Shown: positions 27,901-35,760 of the stretch, one piece after another
Layout of the letters: every line of letters starts with the position of its first letter
Position numbering within the stretch: position 1 is the first letter of the stretch
Assembly: GCA_020057405.1 (NCBI GenBank)
Contig: JAGVFW010000004.1
Coordinates: forward strand, 32,001 to 96,000
Direction: 5' to 3'
Length of the DNA stretch: 64,000 bases
Source: an archaeon
GTDB lineage: Archaea > Micrarchaeota > Micrarchaeia > Norongarragalinales > UBA97
Position numbers and translations under genes: made by a program
The notes under the pieces: model-generated
The model's input: only the letters and a program-made list of their open reading frames with translations
Database searches by the model: none
Told to the model about the DNA's origin: nothing

Positions 27901-28411
27901 CTGGGCGGATTTTAACGCCAAAAGCGGCGAGGTCCTCGTCAGGAATGCGCTCGAGGCGCTCGCGGATTTCGTTCGGCAGTAGCCTGCGCTCGTCCTCGTA
28001 GTAAGTGGTGGGCTTGATGAACTTGATGATGCCCTGCTTCTCGCCGCAGTATGGGCATTCGCCCACGCGCTTGACTTTCTCAAGCGTGCCGTGGCCCTCG
28101 GAGAGGGCGCGCGAGCACTTGCGGCAAGTGGCTTTCAGGAGTTGGTAGCCGGTCTTGGCAAAACCGACGTGCGCGACTGGCCGAACTAGCTCGATGTGGC
28201 CGAAGTGGCCGCTGCAGCTCTTCATGCGGCCGCCGCAGGTCTTGCACTTGAGGCCCGGGTCGATGACGCCAAGGCGCTGGTCGGCGAGACCGCCCTCAAT
28301 GGGATAGCCGTCCTCGTCGTAAGTGTCGGGCACGGTAATCTTTACCGCGCTCATCTTGCGAACCTGCTCTGGCGAGAATAGTGAGAACTCAATGCTGCCG
28401 ATTACTTTCAT
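24968..28411 (-). CDS. rpoA: RNA polymerase largest subunit, fused A'/A''
   Basis: CSGHFGHI, GKRVNFSAR, NADYDGD, GYMQRRL, then AQSIGEPGTQMT and ARAAFE in one ORF. Confidence 0.96.
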   Translation of the reverse strand: MKVIGSIEFSLFSPEQVRKMSAVKITVPDTYDEDGYPIEGGLADQRLGVIDPGLKCKTCGGRMKSCSGHFGHIELVRPVAHVGFAKTGYQLLKATCRKCSRALSEGHGTLEKVKRVGECPYCGEKQGIIKFIKPTTYYEDERRLLPNEIRERLERIPDEDLAAFGVKIRPEWMVLTVLIVPPVTVRPSITLETGERSEDDLTHKLVDILRINQRLGENIDAGAPQLIIEDLWELLQYHVATFFDNETAGIPPARHRSGRQLKTLFQRLKGKEGRFRYNLSGKRVNFSARTVISPDPELGINELGVPELMAKELTVPVPVTEWNLEALKALIKEHSDKINYIIRPDGKRKKITPLNVDEVLTEVVAGYIVERQLMDGDNVIFNRQPSLHRVSMMAHSVRVLPGKTLRFNAADCRPYNADYDGDEMNIHVPQTEEAQAEAVTLMRVQDQILSPRNGEPMIVPELDHVSGIYLLTQKDIKFDKHHAFNLLANAGFDGAELPGEKIAGRDMFSLLLPTSLNFETKNLAYSSKCKTCVGGKCDEHDSIVQIKNGKLIRGFVDGRAGDRVVKAIFKQAGSDAARIYLDAITKISVRITTDFGLSLSLDDYEITDKAREEIDTLYKTARSEVRKLIHKYRTGKLPRQPGKTLRETLEEQVMNILEAVRGDAWGTMKKNIKRTNITYEHADLVYNSALLMAESGARGKPINVVQMAGIVGQQAVRGKRVRNGYKSRILPHYIKGDLSDGARGFVHNSYVGGLTPQEYFFHAAGGRDSVVDKGVNPAKTGYMQRRLVNALQDLIVQEDMSVTDSEGKLIQLKYGDDAIYPTGEPVAYGEPVGVVAAQSIGEPGTQMTLRTFHYAGVASLAQLGFTRLVEIVDATKKPKSPVMEVYLKKEYAKDFEKVKKVAAQLEQLTLEQVAEIRENFDRKSMRVVWDEKLLKDKGVKESEIIDKVKEIAPYEKTTSGVTIKPKADNIRNTRKVTTKLREIILRGVPGISRAIIIEKGGEYTIATEGSNIEAMLKVPEVDAARTTTNDIMETYRVLGVEAGRNSIVNEITKVLEAQGLRVSLKHIMLIADAMTHRGNVKSVGRHGLAGEKASVLARAAFEETAKHLLRACVYGEEDLLRGIAENIIIGQTIPCGTGTVKLEMELE

Positions 28412-28416
28412 GTTTC

Positions 28417-30225
28417 TCAGCTCCTCTCCCTAAGCTTCATCTTGGGGTTGATGCCAATGCTCTTCATCTCGTCGATGAGCAGCTTGAACGCGTAGCTCAT
28501 TTCAACTTCCTCGACGTCACTGCTCTCGCAAAGCGGGCAGTACTTGCGTTTCTTCACCTTGTCGAACACGCCGGTTGCGCCGCAAACGTTGCAGATTAGC
28601 TCGGTTGTCTTGTCTGAAGAGTCAATCATGCGCTCGCGAAGCAGTTGTGAAGCGCCAAAGCCGATGAAGCAGTCGCGCTCCATTTCTCCAAGACGCAAGC
28701 CACCCTCACGCGCGCGGCCTTCAGTCGGCTGGTGCGTAAGCATCTGGACCGGACCACGGCTGCGGGCGTGCATCTTGAGGCTGACTAGGTGGTGGAGGCG
28801 CTGGTAGTAATTGACGCCAATGAAAACTTTTGCGGCCATCTTGCGGCCGGTCGAGCCGTCGTAGAGGACTTCCTGGCCAGTCGGGAGGAAGCCTTTTGCG
28901 AGAAGTGCAGCCTCGAGCTCGCGCTGCTTGACGCCGGTGAATGCGGTGCCGTCCTTGGCCTCGCCGTCGTAGCAGGCGGCCTTGCCCGCAAGCATTTCAA
29001 GCAAGTGTCCAGCAGTCATGCGGCCGGGGATAGCGTGGGGGTTGAGGATGAGGTCGGGCACGACGCCGTCTTGGGTGAATGGCATGTCCTCCTGGCGCTG
29101 GACGAGGGCGATGACGCCCTTTTGGCCAAAGCGGGAGGCGAACTTGTCGCCGATTTCAGGAACGCAAGTGTTGCGCACACGCACCTTGATGAGGCGGTTG
29201 CCGCTGACGGTGTTGCTTGAAATGACTGCGTCGACGACTCCGCTTTCGTTGCTGCGCACAGTGACTGAGCTCTCGCGGCGCTTTTCGGTCTCAACGTCGA
29301 GTGCGCTGATTTCTTTTAGGAAGCGTGGCGGTGAGGTCTTGCCGACGAGGACTGAATCGCCTCCGACTGGAGTCTCGGGATTGATGATGCCGTCCTCGTC
29401 AAGGAGACCGTAGGACTCCTCGCCCATGTAGCCCTGGACGTATTCCTGCGGGACTTCAATGCGGTCGCGCTGGCCACCGGGGTAGCGGCGTTCTTCAGTA
29501 GTGTAAGTGCGGAGAAACGCGCTGCGTCCCATCGAGCGCTCGATTGCGCTTTGGTTGACGACCACAGCGTCGTTCATGTTGAAGCCCTTGTAGGAGAGGA
29601 TTGCGACGATGTAGTTCTGGCCGCTGGGGCGCCTGCCGTGCTGAAGCGCAGTGTAGGCGCGGGTCTGGACTAGGGGCTTTTGGGGATAGAAGAGAATGTG
29701 GCTGCGCGTGTCAGTGCGAAGCGCGTAAGAGCTGGTGTAGAGGCCGAGGCTTTGCTTGGTGTGCTGGGCCGCCATGAGCACGCGGGGGGCCATGTTGTGC
29801 TCGGGAAACGGGACTTGGGCGCTTGCGTATCCGAGCATGCCAAGCGGGTCGACCTCAATGTGCGTGGTGCGCTCGACAATGTTCTTTTCTTCCTGGGCGA
29901 CGTAAGCGTTTTCCTCTTCCTCAGCGTCGAGGTACTCGATTGCACCGGACTTGACTAAGTCATTCCAGTGAAGCTCGCCCTTGACGACCTTCTCGCGCAT
30001 TTCGGGGGTGACGACTGGCTTGCCGCTCTTGACGACAACTAGTGGCCGAACGGGCCTGCCCTCGTCGCTGTTGACGAAGAGCTCGTTTGACTTCTTGTAG
30101 TAGGAGACGCTCACATGGTGGTGGAGCTCGCCGTCGCGGCGCTTCTCGCGCAGCTCCTTTACGAGCTTCTCGCCGTTCTCGCTAAAGCCGACGAACCTGC
30201 CATTAAGGTAAACGGTTGTCTTCAT
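28417..30225 (-). CDS. rpoB1: RNA polymerase subunit B'
   Basis: GDKFASRFGQKG, GLRLGEMERD, C-terminal Zn ribbon. Confidence 0.96.
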   Translation of the reverse strand: MKTTVYLNGRFVGFSENGEKLVKELREKRRDGELHHHVSVSYYKKSNELFVNSDEGRPVRPLVVVKSGKPVVTPEMREKVVKGELHWNDLVKSGAIEYLDAEEEENAYVAQEEKNIVERTTHIEVDPLGMLGYASAQVPFPEHNMAPRVLMAAQHTKQSLGLYTSSYALRTDTRSHILFYPQKPLVQTRAYTALQHGRRPSGQNYIVAILSYKGFNMNDAVVVNQSAIERSMGRSAFLRTYTTEERRYPGGQRDRIEVPQEYVQGYMGEESYGLLDEDGIINPETPVGGDSVLVGKTSPPRFLKEISALDVETEKRRESSVTVRSNESGVVDAVISSNTVSGNRLIKVRVRNTCVPEIGDKFASRFGQKGVIALVQRQEDMPFTQDGVVPDLILNPHAIPGRMTAGHLLEMLAGKAACYDGEAKDGTAFTGVKQRELEAALLAKGFLPTGQEVLYDGSTGRKMAAKVFIGVNYYQRLHHLVSLKMHARSRGPVQMLTHQPTEGRAREGGLRLGEMERDCFIGFGASQLLRERMIDSSDKTTELICNVCGATGVFDKVKKRKYCPLCESSDVEEVEMSYAFKLLIDEMKSIGINPKMKLRERS

Positions 30226-30227
30226 TT

Positions 30228-31694
30228 TTACTCAGTCCTCATGGTTACGCCCATCTTTCTGAGCGAATTCTCGATTGGGTCTTCGGGGACGCCGATAGTA
30301 ACTTCGCAGTAAATCGAGAGTGCCTTTACGAGACCGCAGTTGGGGCCTTCGGGCGTCTCGTTCGGGTCAAGCCTGCCGAAGTGAGTGCCGTTAAGGTCAC
30401 GGGCCTTGTAGTGCGGGTGCTTCTTCGCCAAAGGCGAAGTCACGCGGCGGATGAAGCTCATTGTAGAAATGTGGTTGTAGCGGTCTAGCGGCTGGCTGAT
30501 GCCGGAGTGCCCGCCGACCCAGTTGCCGGTTGCCATTGAGTACTTGATGCGCTCGGTTAAAGCATCAGGCCTAACGACGGTGAACATGCTCATCTTGCGG
30601 CCACGGACGTTAGCGCGCTCCATCTGGTATGCGACGTCTTTTACTAGGAACTGGAACGCGTAGCGGAAGAGCTCCTCCATGAGGGCTCCTGAAATCTTGA
30701 GGCGCTTGTTGGCGTAGTGGTCCTTGTCGTCGGGGCTGCGCTTCTTGTAGGCGACCAAGATTGCGCGCTCGGCCATCCTTGCAATGAAATAGCCCTTTGC
30801 GATGCGAGCGCCCTCGTCAATGCCGATGTGCGGCAGGAGGTAGCGGTCAAGGAGGAGTTCGGCGCGGCGCACTTGGTACTCCGTGGGCTGGCCGGGTGCG
30901 GCGCGCTTGCCGATGACCTCTAGTGCCTCGCGCTTGGTCTTGACTTCGTCAAGCTCGAGGTTGAGGTTGATGTCGTTAAGCACCAGGGGATTGTCTGAGA
31001 AGGCTTCCGAGATTTTCTCCTGCGAGAGGCCGAGCGCCTTCATCGTGAGAGTTAGTTCAAGCGGCTTTGAGTAACTCGGCATAGTCACTCCGAGCTTGCC
31101 CTCTAAAGAGCGGTCTACGGTGCAGCGGCCGCGGAATCCCAAACGCGTGCTGAAGATTTTTGCCTGCACAAGCTTGCCGTCCTTCTCGCGCGAGACAAGA
31201 ATGCGGTTGGGCGCCAAATCTTCAAGAGTCATGAGCGACTTTTCAGTGCCGTTGACGACGAAATAGCCGCCAGGGTCAAGCGGGTCCTCGCCGAGGGCAA
31301 TGAGTTCCTCTTCGCTCTTGCCGGTCAGGTAGCAAAGCTTGCTTTTGACCATCACGGGAAGCTCGCCGACGAAGACTTCCTCGGTGCGCTTCTCGCTTCC
31401 GTGGATAACGGGGGTGATTTCAAGAAATAGCGGGGCAGTGTATGACAAGTCGCGCACGCGCGCCTCTGAAGGATAGCAAATGCGAGAGCTGCCGTCAACT
31501 TCAATGACGCGGGGCTTCTCAACCCGAATCTTGCCGAGCTTGAGGACGAGACCCTCGATTTGAGGTTCGATGTACTCTTGGGCGTCAACGACTTTTTGGA
31601 GGCCCTCTTCGACGAACTTGTCGTAGCTATCGAGGTATTGCTTTACCAGGGAATTGCCGCGCAGATAATCTGCAGTTAGCTCTTCGTAAACCAT
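30228..31694 (-). CDS. rpoB2: RNA polymerase subunit B''
   Basis: DPGGYFVVNGTE, DKDHYANKR, ETPEGPNCGL. Confidence 0.96.
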   Translation of the reverse strand: MVYEELTADYLRGNSLVKQYLDSYDKFVEEGLQKVVDAQEYIEPQIEGLVLKLGKIRVEKPRVIEVDGSSRICYPSEARVRDLSYTAPLFLEITPVIHGSEKRTEEVFVGELPVMVKSKLCYLTGKSEEELIALGEDPLDPGGYFVVNGTEKSLMTLEDLAPNRILVSREKDGKLVQAKIFSTRLGFRGRCTVDRSLEGKLGVTMPSYSKPLELTLTMKALGLSQEKISEAFSDNPLVLNDINLNLELDEVKTKREALEVIGKRAAPGQPTEYQVRRAELLLDRYLLPHIGIDEGARIAKGYFIARMAERAILVAYKKRSPDDKDHYANKRLKISGALMEELFRYAFQFLVKDVAYQMERANVRGRKMSMFTVVRPDALTERIKYSMATGNWVGGHSGISQPLDRYNHISTMSFIRRVTSPLAKKHPHYKARDLNGTHFGRLDPNETPEGPNCGLVKALSIYCEVTIGVPEDPIENSLRKMGVTMRTE

Positions 31695-31722
31695 GTTAAC
31701 CCAACCCTTTCCGAGAAGGAAA

Positions 31723-31965
31723 TTAATCCTCGGATTCTACGACGAGCCGATAATATGGCTCAATTTTTTCAGTCACTGGACTAAGACGCTCGATGCGCAC
31801 GACGTCACCGGCACGCGCGTTAAGTGTGTTCAATCCAGGGTCTGACGAACTGATAATTGGAAGGCTCTCGACCGGCTTCTTAAGACTGTCCAGTAGTTTT
31901 CGCACTTCTTCTTCGCTCGCAATAATGTGTTTAGGCACTAGAATGTGGTTAGGGGCTTCTTCCAT
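31723..31965 (-). CDS. rpoH: RNA polymerase subunit H (Rpo5)
   Basis: HILVPKH, LPII..SDP, GDVVRI, YYRLVV. Confidence 0.95.
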   Translation of the reverse strand: MEEAPNHILVPKHIIASEEEVRKLLDSLKKPVESLPIISSSDPGLNTLNARAGDVVRIERLSPVTEKIEPYYRLVVESED

Positions 31966-32067
31966 AGAAATATACCACGCAGAATACGCTTTGAGGACAG
32001 GACAGTATTTCTATGTCACACAAAGCTTATAAACAGTTGCGTGCATAAGTCGGCCCTGCTTGAGGGC

Positions 32068-32358
32068 TCACAAGGCCAAGCCTACTGCCGAGGCAACTCC
32101 GCGCACGAAGAAAAAGTACGCAAACTCGCTTGGAAGCATTGCAGCGCCAATGAGAAAGTCGCCTCCTCCGTAGAAAAGCTTGTAGTTAATGTCAGACGGG
32201 TCGCTCATGCCTCCCCCGCCAATCGTCATTATTCCGCGGGCGATTGCGAAGAGGCCCACCCAACCGGTGAAGCCCTCGGCAATGCCGCCAACAGCAACGA
32301 GAGCCAGGCCTGCTATCAAGTCAGGCGCGCCGTAAAAAATGCTAGAAAAGCCAACCAT
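32068..32358 (-). CDS. 96-aa membrane protein with internal duplication, downstream of TPP riboswitch
   Basis: FYGAPDLIAG...ARG / FYGGGDFLIG...VRG. Confidence 0.78.
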   Translation of the reverse strand: MVGFSSIFYGAPDLIAGLALVAVGGIAEGFTGWVGLFAIARGIMTIGGGGMSDPSDINYKLFYGGGDFLIGAAMLPSEFAYFFFVRGVASAVGLAL

Positions 32359-32362
32359 AGGA

Positions 32363-32452
32363 AATTTCCCTCCGCCGGCATTACCCGGAATACAGGTTCA
32401 ACGGGTCGAACGCAAACGCGTTCCTCTCAGCCAAGAAAGCTCCCCACAAACG
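32363..32452 (-). ncRNA. TPP (THI-box) riboswitch
   Basis: Minus strand GGGGAGC..GGCTGAGAG-GAACGC/GCGTTC-GACCCGTTGAACCTG..CCGGGTAATGCCGGCGGAGGGAA matches the TPP consensus. Confidence 0.9.
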
Positions 32453-32502
32453 CAAGTAGTTGAGTGCAATTAGCTTAAAAGATTTGCCGCGCTAAACTAG
32501 TT

Positions 32503-33213
32503 ATGGAACTACTAAACGAAATCTGGGAAAAGAAGGCATTCATCGTAAAGGCCACGCTGGCAACCACCGCCTTCTGGCTAGTAGAGCTCGCTTTGCAGCT
32601 CTATGTGGTTGGCGCCGAATCGTTCGACGCTGCAGTAATCCGCTCGCTTGCCTTTGCAGGCGCAACCCTCATTGGCGCTTCCCTCATCATCGGTCCCGTC
32701 GCAGTCCTCATGCCACGCTGGAATTTCGTGCAATACCGCCGTGCAATCGGCGTGGGCGGCTTCGTACTCGCAACAGTCCACGGCCTCTTGGTTCTGACAA
32801 CTTACTTTGGCGGCAGCTTGATGAATTTGCCTTGGGGAGCCGACCCGTTCAAGATGCCAATCTTCTTCGGCGTCTTCGCCTCATGGCTCCTCTACCCGCT
32901 TTTCTTCACCTCAACGGACTGGGCAATGAGAAAACTAGGCAGCCACTGGAAGACAGTCCACCGCTTGGTTTACTTCGCGTTTCTGCTCATTGTGCTGCAC
33001 TTCATGGCCATCAATCCTGGCGCAATGGCGACCATACCTGGCTACGCGCTCCTCTTCGTCACCGCAGTTGCAATCCTCCTGCAGATGGCGGGTTTTTTCA
33101 AGCGCTGGCTCAAGGCCCGCACAATGATTGCGGGAGTATTCGCAGGAGCAGTCATCCTGGCGTGGCTGGCTGGCCTCTACTTGTATTACGTTGCCAACCC
33201 AATTGGCGGCTAA
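32503..33213 (+). CDS. Ferric reductase-like / MsrQ-type heme-b membrane protein
   Basis: RRAIG...ATVH, TSTD...LG..WK.VHRLVY...LH. Confidence 0.85.
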   Translation: MELLNEIWEKKAFIVKATLATTAFWLVELALQLYVVGAESFDAAVIRSLAFAGATLIGASLIIGPVAVLMPRWNFVQYRRAIGVGGFVLATVHGLLVLTTYFGGSLMNLPWGADPFKMPIFFGVFASWLLYPLFFTSTDWAMRKLGSHWKTVHRLVYFAFLLIVLHFMAINPGAMATIPGYALLFVTAVAILLQMAGFFKRWLKARTMIAGVFAGAVILAWLAGLYLYYVANPIGG

Positions 33214-33214
33214 A

Positions 33215-33958
33215 TTAGAGCACTACGCCAGCAAGGGCGCCGATTGCGTAACCCGCCAAGGCGGCAAGCATGCCGATGCCAGTCATTTCAATGCCGCTTT
33301 TGACCCAATTGCCTACAGTAATTGTGGCCTTGTAGGCACCTGCGGCGAAAAGAACTAGTGCTGAGACGCCAACTGAAACCAGCATTGCTTGCGGCAACGT
33401 GATTACCGAAAAGGGCACCAAAAGAAATGGCGTTAGGGGGACGAAGGAACCGACGGTAGCTGAAATGCCGACCACTATCCCCTCGCTTACGGGCCTTACC
33501 GAATCCGGGTCGTCAAGTTTTAGCTCTTCGGCCATCATCACTTGGAGCCACACTTTCTTGTCTGAAGTGATTTTCCTCACAACTTCCTCGAGCTGATGGC
33601 CGCGAAAGCCCTTCTTCATGTAGATGAGCCGGATTTCCTCGCGCTCGACTTCAGGCAAGTCGCGGATTTCCTGCTTTTCGTGGTCAACCATCTTGTGGTA
33701 GTAATCCTGCTCAGCGCGGGCCGAAGTGTAGGCAACAGCAGCCATTGAAATGCTTTCGGCAAACGTCGCGGCGAGACCCGCGATGATGACAATTCGAATG
33801 TCGCTCGTACCGCTTGCGACACCAAGAATGACGCCCAAGACATTAACGAGGCCATCCTGGCCACCCAGAATAACTTGGCGCAAGAGGGAACCCTGCCGGT
33901 CGCTGCCGTGGAACTCAAGCTCTGCCAATGCCGCTTTTCGGACTTGTGAACGGTTCAC
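33215..33958 (-). CDS. VIT1/CCC1 Fe/Mn transporter
   Basis: ILGGQDGLV, ISMA...Y, E..EI...PE.E.EE. Confidence 0.9.
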   Translation of the reverse strand: MNRSQVRKAALAELEFHGSDRQGSLLRQVILGGQDGLVNVLGVILGVASGTSDIRIVIIAGLAATFAESISMAAVAYTSARAEQDYYHKMVDHEKQEIRDLPEVEREEIRLIYMKKGFRGHQLEEVVRKITSDKKVWLQVMMAEELKLDDPDSVRPVSEGIVVGISATVGSFVPLTPFLLVPFSVITLPQAMLVSVGVSALVLFAAGAYKATITVGNWVKSGIEMTGIGMLAALAGYAIGALAGVVL

Positions 33959-33983
33959 GAAAAGCGTAACCCCAATTGCGCTT

Positions 33984-34604
33984 TTAATGCTTGCTTAGCA
34001 TCTCGTCGAACCACTGCCTTAACTTCGAGGGCGGCTTGGTTGGCGCTCCCTTGATGCTGTACTGCCCAAACAAGTAAGCCAACTTGGCTGCAGGCAGCAC
34101 GTGTTCTTCTAAAATCTCGCTAGCAGGCTGGCCTCTTGCCTTGGCCCCGATGATTCCGCGCGCCAAGTGGGACCGCAAGGCAAGAAAATGCAATAGAACA
34201 CCGCCCAAGACAAATTCATTTCGCGACTTTACTCGCTTCTCCTCGCCATCGTAGCTTGGCTTAACCAGCCTGCGCTCGACAAGCTCCCCGGCAGCCGGCT
34301 TATAATCGCGGTAGCGGCCAAGCAAATAGTAGTTCCTAAGGAAGCCATCAACCTCAATGTCGCCTGGAGAAAACATTTCCCTAGAGCCGGTCATGCCGTC
34401 AACCACGCCCAACAGCTCGCCACGCTTATACGCGCGCAATTGACGTTCAAGCAAGCTTGTCTCGCGCTTCTCGGCGCGCGAAAGCTTCTTCCCAGCGCGC
34501 ACTTCGCCAAGAAGCCGCAGAACATCTTCCTCCGGGGAAGGCCCGCGCTGGACTTTCCTGACCTTTTCGGCAACCCCGCGCCCAAAATCCCTCAAACCCA
34601 TCAA
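33984..34604 (-). CDS. Hypothetical basic orphan protein
   Basis: 206-aa ORF filling the gap; no recognised motif. Confidence 0.6.
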   Translation of the reverse strand: MMGLRDFGRGVAEKVRKVQRGPSPEEDVLRLLGEVRAGKKLSRAEKRETSLLERQLRAYKRGELLGVVDGMTGSREMFSPGDIEVDGFLRNYYLLGRYRDYKPAAGELVERRLVKPSYDGEEKRVKSRNEFVLGGVLLHFLALRSHLARGIIGAKARGQPASEILEEHVLPAAKLAYLFGQYSIKGAPTKPPSKLRQWFDEMLSKH

Positions 34605-34671
34605 ACCGACTCCACAGACTAAAGAGGGCAGCGAGGGAAGAAAAAGCTTTGCGCTAAGGAAAAAAGAAGAG

Positions 34672-34787
34672 CGCCCTGGTCGGGATTCGAACCCGAGTCG
34701 ACGGCGTGACAGGCCATCATGCTAGACCGCTACATTTGGCAGATTAATCCACAACAAGAAATTGCGGAAAAAACCCTCCACCAAGGC
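34672..34787 (-). tRNA. tRNA-Asp(GUC) with 43-nt intron at non-canonical position 10/11 (34735-34777)
   Basis: Removing the intron gives GCCTTGG TG GTGT AGCGGTCTA GCAT G ATGGC CTGTCAC GCCGT CGAC TCGGG TTCGAAT CCCGA CCAGGGC G. Confidence 0.88.
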
Positions 34788-34802
34788 ACCAGACGCTAAT
34801 AC

Positions 34803-35435
34803 TTATTTGAGCCGTTCAGCTTTTCTACCTATCGCTAGGTGCGGAACGACCAATCGATTTAGCTTAACTGCCGTCGCGGAACTGACAAAAACCCACAAGT
34901 CAACGTGGTTTGGATAAGTCGAAATATAACCGTCAGGCAGGCTCATTGAAGCAAGCAAAGTTTGGACTTCCTTCAGGTGCCGCTTGTCGTTTGAAGCTAT
35001 TTTAATCAGGCGTTCGGTTCGCTTCCCGTCAGAGCTACGCCTAATCTGAACGCAACCATCGCCATCAATCAAGCCAGCCAAATAACCGCCACCCAAAACG
35101 GAATTTTCCAGTGCGGAGGTTGGAACTGCGAGTTTTCCCAATTGAACGCCAAAGCTAGTAAAAAGCAATGCGAGCTTTTCAAGAGTCTTTACCGAACCTT
35201 CCCGAATCAGATATTGCTCGAAATGCCGGTCGTATCTAGAATCGTACATTTGCTCTACCAAAATCTTGTGCTCTTTTCCCGTCAGCTCATCCAAAATACG
35301 CTTCCACTTTAGAAGCATCGGCAACGAGCAAGCGCTCACCCGCAGCCTTAGTTCTTGAAACCTGTTTTTGCGAGTGTAGACATAGCCGTCAGCGTGTAAC
35401 GCGCCAAGCCACCAAAAAAAGTCGCAGTCAAACAT
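34803..35435 (-). mobile_element. Free-standing double-motif LAGLIDADG homing endonuclease
   Basis: WWLGALHADG and YLAGLIDGDG; AT-richer than flanks; ends 15 nt before the tRNA-Asp 5' end. Confidence 0.88.
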
Positions 35436-35528
35436 GAAAAAAGTAGTGTTTACCAAATGCTTTTCTTTTCGGGACGGTGCCTTGCCGGCTTTCCACCCCA
35501 CTATAAAAGCAATCTGCCTAATTTCTTC

Positions 35529-35747
35529 ATGATTATCGAAGTTCGCGTCTCAACAAACAACCCAAAGCCGGGCGCCGAAGAGAAGGACGGCCTGCTCAAG
35601 GTGCGCGTGAAGGCAAAGCCCATTGAAGGAAAGGCAAACGCCGAAGTCATTGAACTTCTGGCAAAGCACTACGGCGTCAAGGAAAATCAAGTTACGATTG
35701 TTGCAGGCCAAACTTCAAAGAAAAAAACAATCGAAATAATGCGATAA
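35529..35747 (+). CDS. DUF167/UPF0235 protein
   Basis: VKAKPIEGKANAE...LA, IVAGQTSKKK. Confidence 0.88.
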   Translation: MIIEVRVSTNNPKPGAEEKDGLLKVRVKAKPIEGKANAEVIELLAKHYGVKENQVTIVAGQTSKKKTIEIMR

Positions 35748-35760
35748 TCGTGCTAGCTAA

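Noticed and set aside
35440-35510. Possible tRNA 5' half that would place the LAGLIDADG ORF inside a tRNA intron
   Set aside because: No acceptor or D-arm sequence is found there; tRNA-Asp is already complete at 34672-34787.
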